A DNA stretch of 64,000 nt. Origin: Paramecium tetraurelia (lineage: Eukaryota). Below the pieces are notes generated by a model that saw nothing but the letters and a program-made list of their open reading frames with translations, did no database searches and was not told where the DNA came from. The DNA lies in NCBI GenBank assembly GCA_000165425.1, contig CT868050.1:1-64000 (forward strand), given 5' to 3'. Shown in pieces: positions 11,777 through 26,036 of this stretch (position 1 is the stretch's first letter; every line of letters starts with the position of its first letter). The translations under genes and the position numbers were made by a program.

Positions 11777-14700
11777 TCAATACAACCATTCAAATATTAT
11801 TTTAAGTCTATTTTTCATATTTTGGTTTTACAATACGTCTTGAGGAATGAGCACCAACATTTACCTAAGGGACATCATTTTTTTTTATTCCCAGAATACC
11901 CAAATTGAGGATAGAATTATCATAAAAAAGAAGTAGCTTAAATATAATTAAGATAATTATACAAAAATCCTAATACTAAATAGTAGATTTCCATTAAGTT
12001 TATAATGCTATGTGCGATGCTAGTGTTATCAATTTTAAATAGAGTCAAGAAATCTAAGAAAGTGTCTTATGTATCGCAAAAATAGGAGAGAAAATAATTT
12101 TAAAAGGCTTGACTTTAAATCGCAGCCATATTTTCATCTTAGTTACTATATGAAAGGGAATTCAATTCCCAATTATAATCTTAATCTATGTATTTTACTA
12201 ATGAGGCTGTGTAACCCAAGATACCATTTAAAATTAGATTGTGCACAGAATCTTTACTTAATAATTTATAAACATATTAAGTACCTAGAATAAGGCAGGT
12301 TTTATTTGGAAGGATCACAAGCCTTAATCTCTTCCCAAGGCTTAATTTGACAAATGTCATCATTCAAAAAACCATCAAATGGACTCACTTAGTTATTTTT
12401 TTATGCATTCTCTAAGATGGTCGTTGAAATTTCGTTTATCATTGATAACATTGAGTCCTTACAGTCTTTAAATAAAATTATAGTCTCAGTTTAGTTTATA
12501 AAAGATAAATTATTTTCTGGTATTAAATTGTCTGTTTTTATCAGACCTCCAAAAAGAGTTACAATATCCATTTTGATTCTGAATTATCCATATCTCAGAG
12601 TTGCATACAGGGATGGTTAAAAGTCGCCATTATTTTTGACAAACAATACATAACTAGTTAGTATATATGCAATCCAGATAACAATAATCAATAAGATAAT
12701 AATATAATTAATCTTTGTTACGTGTTTGGTTTTTTAAATTCTTGAAGTTAGAGAAGATTCAGAGCTATTTGGTTTGCCAAAGGATTCAGTTTACTTTTGC
12801 TTATTCTTCTTCTTCCCTTCATTATCCATCATTATCTAAGAGAAGTTCTCGATTTTCCAATTTTAAGGATTTTTTAAGTCAATAATTGATTTGACAGCCA
12901 TCAACTTAACAATTTACTCTATTGCTTAATTTTCATTTAAATGAGAAACTAGAAATAGGATGGACTTTTGTAATTTATCAATGAATATCCAATATTTTAA
13001 TTGTGTCAAAATTAAAAGTAATATAAGGAATAGTTCTATGAGTATCAAGCTCTGAAAATTTGCTAGTATTTATTCTTAGGAGGAAATAGTATCTTCAATA
13101 ATTTAAACTACTAAGCTATCAATTTCCTTAGCCACATACAAGATATTTAATCTCAAAAACCCGGATGTGAATAATTCTTCATAATGTGGATCTGGAGAAT
13201 TCAAGTTCCCCCTATAAGCAGACTCAACAACTTCATTTAGCATAAAGTAAAAATCTTCAACGCTCACATTATAAGTACTCAGGATATTATTTGTTACTTA
13301 TTTGATTTCAAAATTTTCTATTCCTTAATCTTAAGCTAATTTTGGAACTTTTACATTAAGAGTTCTTAAATATATTCTTGCATTCTAGAACATATTATCA
13401 ACAGTTTCTAAATTTCTAGTTTCCTAAAATTAACTGAGCTTGAAAAGATTTTCTGATTGTAAATGGTTTGACAAAAGTTGATAAATAACAGAAGTATAAA
13501 AATAAGTAATGTTTTATGGTTCTAATAAGTTCATCACTCCAGTTGTCTATTAGTCTAGATTTTGTACAACCACTAAGTAATCTGTCAATGAAGTTACTAT
13601 TATACAGATAATAATCATCACCAAAATTATTACAATTTTTTACAAAGGCAAAATAAGTTAAGTTTTGGAATAAAGTTATTCAACCAAAAACTAAGTTTCC
13701 CTTTAAGTTGAACAAACAGATGATCTTGAACGATTGGATGCAAAATCATTATTTTCTTCTTTTTTACTAGAAAAAAATTCTTTTAAATGAGACTTAGTCT
13801 TACTTTTCTCATCTTGTTTTTTGCTGACTTGTAGGTCTGTTTTAGAAGGTTTCTATTTTTTCAACTTAAATTATCAATATTTTAATTACCTATTCATTAT
13901 GATCATTTAAATCAATATCTTCTATGTTATAATTTTCAGAAAACTTAGATTTCAATATTAATGGTCCTAATTGTGTTCTATATGTATCGAATTGACCTTG
14001 TGTTTCGGAGGATTTTTAAAGAATCTAATTTTTAATCAAATGCTATTCAAAACTTTAATTGGCACTACTAAAATTTAAATACTCATTATCCTTTTAAACT
14101 TCACGCGTATCACTTACTGCCTTATATTCCTGTCTTGCTTCACTAATAATATCATATTGCTCCTATTTGTTGGGTTATTGCTCTTATTTGTTTGTGCAAT
14201 TCATACTTTGAGCCAATATTGGATTTTAGCATATTTTATCTTCAAACAATCCAGACATTAGGTTTTATTCATTAGGAGCAGGACCAGAAAAAATGGATTG
14301 AGTTGATAAGACTTTAAAATCTGTGAACGTCAACACAAAATAGCCAATTTTTTTTTTCGGAAGTTCAAAAGTATTAAATTGTAAGTCATATTAGAGTGCT
14401 AATTAAAATTAGGACTTTGAGACATCTCCAAAATCTACAATATCAATTAGTTAAGATTATAAATAGGGCTAAAGTAGAATGATTGGAATTCCATCAATTT
14501 CTTTATCATTCGACTCGACAAGTTGCGCATCATAGAATGTTTAACGACTCCTACTTGCATCAAATCTTGATTTAAAAATTGACATTTAAGGATTTCTTTT
14601 TTTATAGGATCTCTCATAATAAGAATTTTGGACTTTAAAAGGTTCCAATATGTTTTGGGTTGAGATCAAACATTGCTAATGATTATTTGGAATGACCCAA

Positions 14701-17042
14701 GTAGATTTTAAATTAGTTAATTAATAGGATTTAGTTTTTTAATACTATTTTGCCAATTAATCAATCTAAAACATAATATTTGGAATATAGTATTGAATTA
14801 AAGGTTTTTTTTCTAAAAATGATTTAATGCTTGATTAATCTTTTGAAATTGTTTTATCGTTTCTAAAGATTTTCATAAAGTGATAATTAGATTTTGCAGC
14901 AATTTCATAAAACTATTTAGTTAACCCATTGATCGATCCATCAACTCCAAATAATATCATTTCGTGTTATTACATCTTACTCATAATAACATTCATGATG
15001 AAATCATTATTGTCAATATCAAAATGGGGATAAATATTGAAAACACAAGGCTCTACATACCCCTCATAAGTCAGAATGAAGGTTTTTCGACTCTACTTTT
15101 GAGTCTGTGTGTAGCCATTTATTATATATTTATCTATGAGTTCGTCATGGATATCTGATAAAAATAATGGCATTAACTAGGAACAATGTTTTACATATTT
15201 AAGTTCTTCTTCCTTTTCTTCCAAGAAGGAGGACAACTTCTTTGTATCTAAATTAATGAATTCTCCTCTATTTTTGATTAAGCTTGATTAAAATATAAAT
15301 ACTCTATCTGAGATAAATCTATTAATTACTTTGAATTAGTTATATGCTACTTAATGGTTCATCTTATCGAAATCTCTCATTTTTCAAATGTTCTTCGACT
15401 TTCTTTTCTATTTAAAATGACAGATATTAATTATTGTATATAGCCGAATGGTATATTTGTATAATTCTCATACTTAATGTTTCAGAGATACTGGAATTTT
15501 TAAGAGTCTCATTAATCATATCATATTTTTGGTTCATTAACTACTTACATTTAATAATATTTTAAGAAAGGGCCAAAGCTTCATTAATGTAGGTGTTAAC
15601 GCTGTCATATCCTTTGATTAAATGATTATAAAAGTTGATCTTTGAAATGATGACTCTTTCGAAACTGGGGAAAATTTCTTAGGATGAGAAGTAGCACTCA
15701 TAAATTGTTTGAGCACGTAATTGTTTAGAGATATTCTCCTTTTTCTTAGAGTATACATCTTTTTGTGACAATTCTAGTAATAAGTCACTTTATTATCTCA
15801 AGTATTTGATTAAATTTTAAGTGGTTCCAAGGAAATACAAATTATTGGTTTGAATTTCCAATAATTTTATTAATGATTTAATCGGATACTTTTCTGATAG
15901 AAAATAGCAAAATTTAATGATGTACGTTATTTGGGATGTTTATCTGACTATACTTTTGAATAAACATTAAATCATATCCTAAGGTTGCTTACACTTTGAA
16001 CACTTATGTAACTTGAAGGAAATTTAAACGAAAATCTAATTTTCTTAAGAATTACTCAAATTTAATGAAATCTAAATTAACTTAAATTAAGTAAAAAATC
16101 TACCTAAAGTGTTATGATATTTGCCTGATTCTGAGTCATAATGTACTTCAATCTTATGGTATGTACAATTGAAATAGTGATATATAAGAAAATTGAAACT
16201 AACAATAAATACTCGCAAATTGAAACCTCGCTAAATAGGCCAAATATAGTAACCATTGAGACCACCTTAATCAGCACATGAATGAAGCAGTTTTTCTTAT
16301 TCAGTTGTTCAATCAAGGATATTCCTTACTTTAAAAAAACCAAAATGACTCTAATTACTTATTGGTATTTATAAATCTTTAAAACCACCGAAAGTAACAT
16401 TAAAATTTCCTTGATTACATTAAATATCATTGAACTTTCTAAAACTATAACGTTGTTATCTCCGATTAGGGTTGGCGATTCGGAAAAATATAAATGCACT
16501 AATTTCATTAATATGCTCATCGAGAGATTTATAGTGCACGAAATTATCAAAAAAACCTCATTTGAATTTTGAGTAATAAAAGTGCGGTCTCCTGTTGCTA
16601 TTTCGTAATATGTTAGCAAAGCAGAATATATTACTGGCGTATAAATCAAAGAAGAGTAATAGATAAAAGAATAGTGCAAAATTTGAAATGATAAGGTACT
16701 CTCTTTTTCTTCTTGTACTAAATGTACGATAAACAGTAACAAAAAGGCTACGTGCATGAACAAAAATAAATAGACTATAAGCGCAAAGTAAAACTGAGAA
16801 TTTTACTCAAAAGCCACACAATATCTAACGAATTAAAAAATGAGACTAATTGATATATGATTCTTTCAATACTTCATTTCTCTATTCAAGCTCGAATTCT
16901 AATCAACCGTGATACTAATCTCTTATGCTTTAAAAATAATCGAAATCAAAATTTCAATGCTTAGCATAGAATTGTGCATCGTAGATGAATGAATGCAGCG
17001 ACATATGAATTGTGATACTTTAACAATATTTCTTTTCATCAT
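11777..17042 (-). CDS. Large multi-pass membrane protein with a central PAS-like segment (ciliate-expanded family)
   Basis: N-terminal hydrophobic TM cluster (ORF-track pieces 16104-16763), PAS-like LMPLFLSDIHDELIDKY near 15130-15180, further TM segments at 12650-13660, and C-terminal LVLIPQDVLQN...EWLY* ending. 27-nt intron at 16846-16872. Not every internal junction was verified. Confidence 0.65.
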
Positions 17043-17349
17043 TAATATTTATCAAAACAAATAAACATAATCAATATCGACTAAAATATAAATAATTATT
17101 TATCAACAAAAAAATGGAGTTGTTATATAAGACTTCAAATTTTCATAAACCTCATATTGTAAATATAAAATAACTGAATTTGATTAAATAAAACCATTTA
17201 ACAAAATTATTTATTGTCTATATTTGAACTTTATTAGATATTCAAAATCTTGAAGTAGGAATTAAAATTCTTAATTGCTATAATCATATTATTAACTAAT
17301 TATATTTAGATTTAAACACATAATTAATAATAATCAAACCATATTAAAT

Positions 17350-20300
17350 TCAATATTTGTCATTAGTTTTGTACGCTCGATTATATAATTTCAATTTTGA
17401 TCTACGAGTCAAGTAAATCATCAGAATAATAAATATCATATTTATAGTGCAAATTAAATATTTAGTTATCATCTAAGTTTATACTTTAAAATCATCATTG
17501 AAGAATATTAAAGAAACTTACTCCTCTGATATTTCATTTTAAACTAATAAATCAAATTCAATTTCTTTCTAGCTTTATCCAACCTCTAAAAGTGATATCT
17601 CATAACCAATCTATCCTAGATATATATCCCCCTACTAATTCATCGGAGCAATAAGATAGTGTGTAGTATTAAAAGTCAATATTTTAAAATCGGATTGAAG
17701 AGAAGCAATATAATTTATGTTATTCTTTAATTTTAAATCATACAGATAATAATTCTACTTTAGGAAGATAAAGATAAAATCTTCATCAAACTATAAATTA
17801 GGTACTTCAAATAGTGGCTCAGGTATTTTAAGTGTTTTAGTTAAGGAAAAAATGCATTCTTTCTCTTATATAAAACATTTCACAAATCCAATAAAAATTG
17901 TACTTTAGGCAATTACTACTAACTACGAAATTATGCACTGCTGATCTATCTTAAATGACTTATAACTTATAATAGTATATTTGTTTTGAATCTGCGATAG
18001 CAATTCATTTTATAATAATTCTAATTAAAATTTATTGTTGTCCAACTTATAACTGCCGTTAAAATGCAATTAATTTTAATCTAGATAATAAACACTCATC
18101 AAAGAATCAGAAAAATCAGCTAAGTTTGCAAGAAATAAAAATTAATTCGGACTGTTATTTATGATAAAAACATCATTAAATTATTCTAAACCTTTGATAT
18201 GCAATTCTGTAATTTATTATTCAAAAATAAGGAAAAATCTTACTTATTCTTGAAATTTTAGCATTAATATATTACCCTATTTCTTACACTTCATTTAAAC
18301 TTGACTACATTCATATTTTTTAACAGATTTTTAAAAATATCTTGAATTAAGCACATTAAATTCATAAAATACAAACACACACATATCCAAATGATGGTGA
18401 ATTACAAGCAATTGATCTTATTCCAAATAATATATTTAAATAATTGGAATATTAAGAGCCAAATGACAATCATTTAATATTTTGTATTCATTTTCAATTT
18501 AGACAAAATATATTTTTAACTTAATATTCTCTTAATATTGAAGAATACGAGTTTCAATACATAATGTTAAATCTGAATGAGAGTTGCATTGTTACATCTT
18601 ATATCTGTATAAAAATGGGCCATGTAGTTTTAAATTCGTAGTATTCAATAATTTAACTTTTTTGATGGGACCAGAAAAATAATCTTGTAAACATAATGAT
18701 GTTGTTAGATTTTATTTACTATGCAATATTCGTTAATTGATTGGTAATTTCTTTATGTCGAAACATAAATTGCTGAATGAAATTGTGAAATTATAATTAA
18801 ATTCTTTAAAAGGTTAAATTTAAGAATAGTATATCAAGCTTTAGTTTAATGCTACAATATTTTAATCTAAATTAATATTTTAAATATCCATCTTAAATTC
18901 TAGGTAATCGAATTAAAAAATCTAGATTTTATATTCTTTGTCATAGAAAAATAGAAACAATGGGGTGAAAAAGAAATCTAATCTACTTATTTCGATAATT
19001 TATTCCAAACTTTAAGCTAAATTTTTTTTTAATTAAAATATTAAGAGAAAAAACTCCGCAGATTCATTTTTAGCTAGAATTACAATTCTTCCCAAGTTAC
19101 TCTACACATTTAGTGGGAAGTAAATTTGCTTTTAATATTAATTTAGATTAAGGTATTCTAACTATTTTAACTCTTGATCGTTGTATAAATATTTTATTAT
19201 TCTATTTTAAGACTTAACTAATGCATAAATCACTATGAAAGATGTTTCTATTTATGAATGAATTATTAAATGATCTAGAAATGAAAACGAAGAATGGCAT
19301 TCCTAAAATATTACATATAGGTGTTTTTCATATTGTATCAGATAATTATGATTTTTTTGTTTAAAATACAAAACCTAACTTTCCTTGAATTACTTTTCAA
19401 ATTCAAACAAATAGTGTGAAGTTTGTTAGGAATTTATCACATATATAATATTGTTATTTTCAGTTTATAAAACAATCTAGTCACCAAATTGAGTTACTTA
19501 TGTTATCTTTTCAGGTAGTTTAATTATTTTGTATTGATTAAGAGAGTTTTGAAAATCATAAATCTTAACTTCTGAAATCTAGAATTCCACAAATATTACC
19601 CTTCCCATAGAATAAAATACTTTTGTTTCTTCCTGAGTATAAACTTAACTTTATTTTATTTGCTCATCTTTACATTATTAAATTATGTACTTTTCATCAT
19701 TTTTCCAGACAAAATACTTAGTAAAAAGTCCTTTGTTGTAATATTTCAGTATATATGAAGAGTCTTTAGAGTTATACCGTTTAATTTTAGGTGAGCAAAT
19801 AAATTTCAACTCTTCCCTATCACTTACTCACTATTCTGGAATTCGGAGCTACTTTTACAGCTATTGGTAAGTTTGAATTGATATATAGCTTTGAAATTTT
19901 AAAAGAGATATATTTTTTATGCAAACAACTCGTTCCAATATCAATATTATGTTCCATGATATTATCATCAATTTCAGAATTGCCTTATTCTATAACCTAG
20001 AAGCAAATCAAAGTTATGTAATTCTCTTTAAGAAGTAAATTTTTTGTTACCACTTATAAAAAATACTTATCTGTCTTATATTAAAAATATCCTAATTAAA
20101 GATATAATTTAAAGACTTTAATTGAATTCTAGATAAAATCATACCCATAGAATGAGTTATATGTTTTATCATATACTAAGGATGACAATTTCCATTAATA
20201 CTTCTATATTATCCTTTGATTCATCATAACTAGTAAATCTGAGCTATATTAGACTATTAATAAATTCTTTGAATAATAGATGTTTTAAGGAATCTAAGCA

Positions 20301-21258
20301 ATACTTATGTAAATTGTGTCATTAAATACACTGATCTATTGATTTGTAGTTTTAGAAAATTAATACTTAACTATAAACTGAGCAAGTATCTTAAAATAAT
20401 AAGGTAAATATTTAATATTGTTCTTAAGCAACATGAATAAATTTTATGGAAAAGTAATTCAACATTAATCACTAGATACTCATTCACAAAAATTAGATAT
20501 AAATTATTTTAACATAATTAAATATTTGAAAGCTAATTCTTTTGAGGAAAATTATTAAGATTAGTTAAATTATTAATATCTATAATCTATTGAATAGAAA
20601 ATCCTTTGTAAAGGAATACACTCCAATATTGGCATTTAGTAAAAGCAATTATAAAATAACCTTCTAGTGAAGTTTTGAGAATTTGCTTTGAACAAACATT
20701 AAAATATGTTGATAAAGTGTGATTATATGTATCTAAGGTTCTGTTTCTATCTAAATTGATTGATAAGTAATGAAGATTTGTATTAGAAAAGCAAAATATA
20801 TTTATGGTTTGCTATTCATTTATAAATAGGTGCTCACAAGTATAGTTTTCTTGAGTAGGGTAATTGATTTGGCTAGTTACTTCAGAACCAAAAATTATTT
20901 GGTTATCTAATAAATAATTCTACATTTTCCTTTTACAAGTGAGGTAATAATTTGTTGCAATCTTATTCAGCCAACAAAGTTGATTAATAAAGCTTTAATT
21001 ATCAAAAGCATTACCAAAGGTTGGCAATACAATTACATCTTAATCAGAACAATTTTAGATAATTTAGGTCTCTACCATCATATTGTGTTGAAGTTAAGGC
21101 ATGGAAAAGTTTAAGTCCCTACTCTCTAAAAATATAGAGTCATATGGGTTAATGTAGAATTCATCTTTGTGAAGGTTCAAGTCATAACAATTACTAATAT
21201 TTACTTACTCTGCTAAATGGCATGGTAATAGGATGTATGTAAGAAAAATTAATAACAT
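17350..21258 (-). CDS. Large type-I membrane/surface protein of unknown function (~1300 aa)
   Basis: Signal peptide MLLIFLTYILLPCHLA and a C-terminal TM YLICTINMIFIILMIYL followed by a basic tail. Start-to-stop span of 3909 nt is divisible by 3; the interior was only sampled. Confidence 0.65.
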
Positions 21259-21314
21259 AAAGATATATATGTTTTATATATTTTACTTTATATTTATTAT
21301 AAAAAGGGCTCATC

Positions 21315-21969
21315 TCAATTTTTGGCGTGTGTATTTTACCAATAGGTTTTTGATTTTTCAATATCTGGTTTAATGGTGGCTTGTCCTGGCTGCCATGAAG
21401 CTGGGCAGACTTCTCCATGTTTCTCAACAAATTGGAAGGCTTACAACAATCTTAGATATTCATCTACATTTCTAAAAGTAGAGATATATAATACCTTCCA
21501 ACTGGGGCATCGTTAATTGAAGCATGACGTAAATTTTAATTACCATCAATTAAGAATGTTCCTCTTAGTGAAAGTCCACTATCTGTTAGAACTCCGTAAT
21601 CTGAAGAGATTTGTTTGGTCAAATCAGATAACAAGAGAATGTCCAATCCTCCTAATCCGCCATCAGCTTTGGGCTTCTTCACATATTCAGCATGTGAAAA
21701 GACTGAATCAACTGAACATCCAAGGACTTCACAGTTGTGTTCTCTGAACTATTTAGCTAATTTAGAGAATTAGATGATTTCTGTGGGGCACACAAAAGTA
21801 AAATTCAATGGGTAGAAGAAAAGCAATAAATACTTTCCTTTGAAATCAGTCAATTAAACTGATTCAATAGCATTTTTAATTGGATTCCTTCGAAATAGAT
21901 CTCTAAATAATACCATGCATTTGTTTTGAAGAATGGGGCGGCCTTTTGGATAATTGCTTTTCCTGACAT
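21315..21969 (-). CDS. Typical 2-Cys peroxiredoxin (Prx1/AhpC subfamily)
   Basis: [52 protein letters not shown]; two short introns. Confidence 0.95.
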
Positions 21970-22121
21970 TTAATGATTTGGAATAATTAATTATTATTTG
22001 AGATTGTTCCTATATATTTTATATAGGCCCAAAATATGCTAGATACTCTATGAAGACTAAATTCCTATTAGATAAGAATTCGTCTAAATAATAGTAATTC
22101 AATTTTTCAATTATTAATTAA

Positions 22122-25100
22122 ATGTCAATAACTCATGAGTACTTGAGGAAGTATTCTTATAATCGATGGAAGAATTCATCAAGACCCATTTAAGAGATAA
22201 CTCAAAAGAAAAAGGAAAGTGATCCCTTCTTTGTGGAGGCACAATATGAAACCCACGAATAATTTCAAAAGTTAAATCCAGAAATTCAAGTCTCACAAGA
22301 ATATCCTGAAGAAAATCAAATGGTAGTATCCAATTAGATTTAACAATCCAATTCATACGATCCTAATCATGCACTTTCAAATGCTTAAAATATAAACAAA
22401 TCCTAGAAGCACAATATATTTCAGCCAATTCCAAATTGTAACCTCATTCATTAGCCACTTACAATCCAAAATTTGAAAGGAAATAACTTTGTTATAAAAG
22501 AGCAATTCAATATAAGGATTGATCCCACAACCTAAAACAAATTAAACAAATCTATCTAATTAAATGAAGAATCTCTTAAAGAGTAAGTCGTCCCCTAAAT
22601 GCCTCAAAATTAATATCTCTTTCTATAAACCAATCAAATCTCTTAATATATAGAAATATCTCAATAAGTTGACGAATAAAATGAATTGAAGGAAGTAAAT
22701 TAGGACTTTGAAGAACAAGAAATACCTCCAGCATCTAAATAGGAATTTCTACTCAGATCTGATTTTCAATCATATGATCCTAAATAAGAGGCTGAGGAAC
22801 AACACTTCCCATAAGTCGTTCAGATGGACGTTGATTACAATAAAGAGGAATACCTCTAGATAATAGATGATTACATTGAATTTATTAAAATTACAGAATA
22901 CACTGATGTACAATTAATCGAACATGAAATTTTGAGATTACAACATATTTCCTCACAAAAACAATTTATGCTGAGAATTGATCCGCTAATAATAAGCATG
23001 CTCTTTGAATAAATACCAAATAACCCTTACAAAAAGGATTCCCAAACGCCTTACAAATAGATGGACTATTTGGATTTATATGATGCACTCAAAAATTATA
23101 AGAGTCAATTAGAGCAAGACTTGTATATTCCAGATTTAAGCGATTTCATGCATCATTAATTATCTTAGCAAACACTAAACTTCTTAGCAATCAAAAGATA
23201 ATAGATCTAATGGAATCCACAACTCTTTAAAGCATTATAAAGGAGTAGAAACGAATTAATAACAATATTCTCTATTTACAATCAAATAAAGATTCCGGAC
23301 ATTGTATTGTTCGATTAAGATATTGATGCTTTCAAAATTTAAGTAAAGTAAGTTGGTTCCAATTCAATCAATATCTTTCAAAATTTGTTTAGTAAATATA
23401 AAGAAAAGACCTTAAAGAAGTTGAAGGACTTAAAAGTAAGCAATTAATTAAACAATAAAAATAAATCAACCTTGGTTAAGTCAAAATACGAATATTAGAA
23501 TTAGTATCAAGCCTTTTAGAGTCAATTAGATGAATTTAGAGATTAAATAAGAGAATATTAAAATAAGTAACCAATTGACTTTAAACAAGCTATGAGTTTA
23601 ATAAAAAAATTCAATAAGTACTTCATTATTATATTTTAGTATTTAATAATTTTATATATAGATAAAACAGCAAGAACACATTCTACACAACTAAGGAATA
23701 TCTTATGTTCCAATAGTCTTTAACTAAGAACAGGAAATCATGAAGATCTTTGATTTGATGTACATTAATCTGAAACAAGAAATCTTGAAAACTAAAACTC
23801 TATTAACATTGCCCCTAGGAGAATTTGCATGGGAACATCACTTATAGTAAGAATAGGAAGCATTAAATAAAATAACAAGGAGATTCTCTCTTCTTAATCA
23901 ATTTTATGAGCAATCAGTGCAGAAATACTAAACTGAATATTAATTTATTAGACAATTAAAGAAAGGATAAAAAGTTATGAATGACAATATTAATGTTTTA
24001 GTCTAATACTTAGACATAAAGAAAATTATTCATGATTAAAAACTAAGCATGTTCTCTTATCCAAAAATGCACTTATAATAAATCACAGTGCAATCTTTGA
24101 ATTATCACGATTTAATTGTTTAAACTAACAATCGAGTGATAGCTATCGAGTAATTAAATTAATATTAATTTATTGAAGAATTGAACTAGATTTTATCTTA
24201 GGAAAATTACCCTTCAGTGGAACTCTCTTTATTGAAAATGAAAAATCAACTCAATTCTCTTAAGTTTTCTAAATTAATTTAAGATGAAATTAACTTATTA
24301 CGTACCTACATTGCTTAGGCATTGTATTACTTTCCTAAAAATTTATTAGATATATTTGCTCAGACTAATACTTATGAAGAAATTGAATTGAAATTGGGAA
24401 ATATTGAATAATTTGAAGCCTTGGAAAATAGCAATTTTGAAAGCCAATCAAAAGAGTTATTTGAAATATTTAAGACCTTCTTTGAGTCTAAAATATAGAA
24501 CCAATTTGATGAAATATTCATTCAGTTGTCCGAAATGAGCAAAGAGTAAATTAATGATTGGAATCCATTAAGGCTAGCCAAAAGGATAGATTTATTGTAT
24601 GAGTATTAGAGATCGGATATCGATACCAATTAATATGTAAAGAAGGAATTAGTGGATTAAATTATTGATTATCCAGATTTGAGATATCTATTTTAGGAAG
24701 CAAAGTCACTTTTCAAGTAAATAAGGGAATTACTTGAAGAGGAATAGGATATAGAAAAAACTAATCAAAGTATTTTGAGTTTAATCTTGGATTTTGAGGC
24801 TCCAGAAGGAATAGATTCAACTTTGATTGATTTGAAACCTTTGGAAAGATTTCATAGAAGCTTTAAGAAGTTTGATAAATATACACAATTAAAAAATGAA
24901 GTCATCAATTTAGGATTAATATTACAATAAGAATATAGCTAATATTTATAGTGTTGTCAAAGTAAAATCCATAAATTAGTTGATTGTATTGAAATAAAAA
25001 TTAATACACTAGATAAAGGGATCTTAGACAATATTTTATTTAAACCTCTTCATATGAATACTCCAGTGCCAATCTATGAATTACATACATTATTGAACTA

Positions 25101-25299
25101 TCGTTATTCTGATTTCTAATCAATCCAAATTTCAAAGTTTGAAAATAATTAATAAAGAAACATTATCTTATTTTCATAGAAATTAAATTAACACTTTGAT
25201 GAAGATATTGATATAGTCTTAGAAGTAATGTATGATAAATCTAAGGTTCACAATGTTGGAATATATGTTGATCAATAATTATGTTTTTAATGTGAATGA
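22122..25299 (+). CDS. Large Gln/Glu-rich helical/coiled-coil hypothetical protein (~1040 aa)
   Basis: Long table-6 reading frame MSITHEYLRKYSYNRW...QLCFQCE*, with probable intron(s) near 23618-23661. No motif recognised. Confidence 0.6.
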
Positions 25300-25664
25300 T
25301 ATTAATTTAGTTTATTACTTTTTATTAAAATTAAATCATATCAATTTAAATATATCATATTCAATTATGTTTAGTTAATTTTAGGTATTACATATTCTAT
25401 GGATTTTTGAGACAATTCAATTAATATGAATATCTTAAAGTGTTAAGATAAGTAATTTGATATATTAAACCTATACAGATGGAAAGAAGGCAAATTGATG
25501 AATTTCTACTTTAGAATAGAGATAATAGGACATCTTCAATGAGTTAACCTAAAGATTAAAAAAGCATTATAATTTATAATAAAAACGATGAATTACATAA
25601 AAATTGGATGATCATATTAAATATATTGATAGTATCAAATAATTAATATTATATATAATTTGAA

Positions 25665-25880
25665 TCAAGATTTCTAGGCAATGCATTTTCTTTAGCAAGG
25701 TCTTTGTTCAATCTGCATACATGTTTCATGACAAACTTATTTATGTTAATCGGTGTTTGCATTCAATTTATATGAGCTAAGACACTTAGTAGTACAATTT
25801 ATTAATTGATCTTGACAATCAGCCAAGCAATCTGAAGAAACAATGATGATTATCCAACTAAGCAATATTATTTAATTCAT
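25665..25880 (-). CDS. Small secreted cysteine-rich peptide with four CxxxC motifs (71 aa)
   Basis: MNQIILLSWIIIIVSS-DCLADCQDQLINCTTKCLSSYKLNANTDQHKQVCHETCMQIEQRPCQRKCIAQKS*. AAA-ATG context and TGA stop; absent from the ORF track because of TAA/TAG codons. Confidence 0.7.
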
Positions 25881-26036
25881 TTTAATTTCAATTAATTTTT
25901 ATGTTATTAATATGATTGAAAAATCTACAGATCTCTAATTGGTATTTACCTGATAATAAAGAAGAACCAAACATATTAATGGAAATTATGTTACTTAATG
26001 GTATACGAATACAAATTAAATAACAATATAGTGGTT

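Noticed and set aside
25367..25620. Short plus-strand frame MERRQIDEFLLQNRDNRTSS...
   Set aside because: Too short, uncertain exon structure and no motif.
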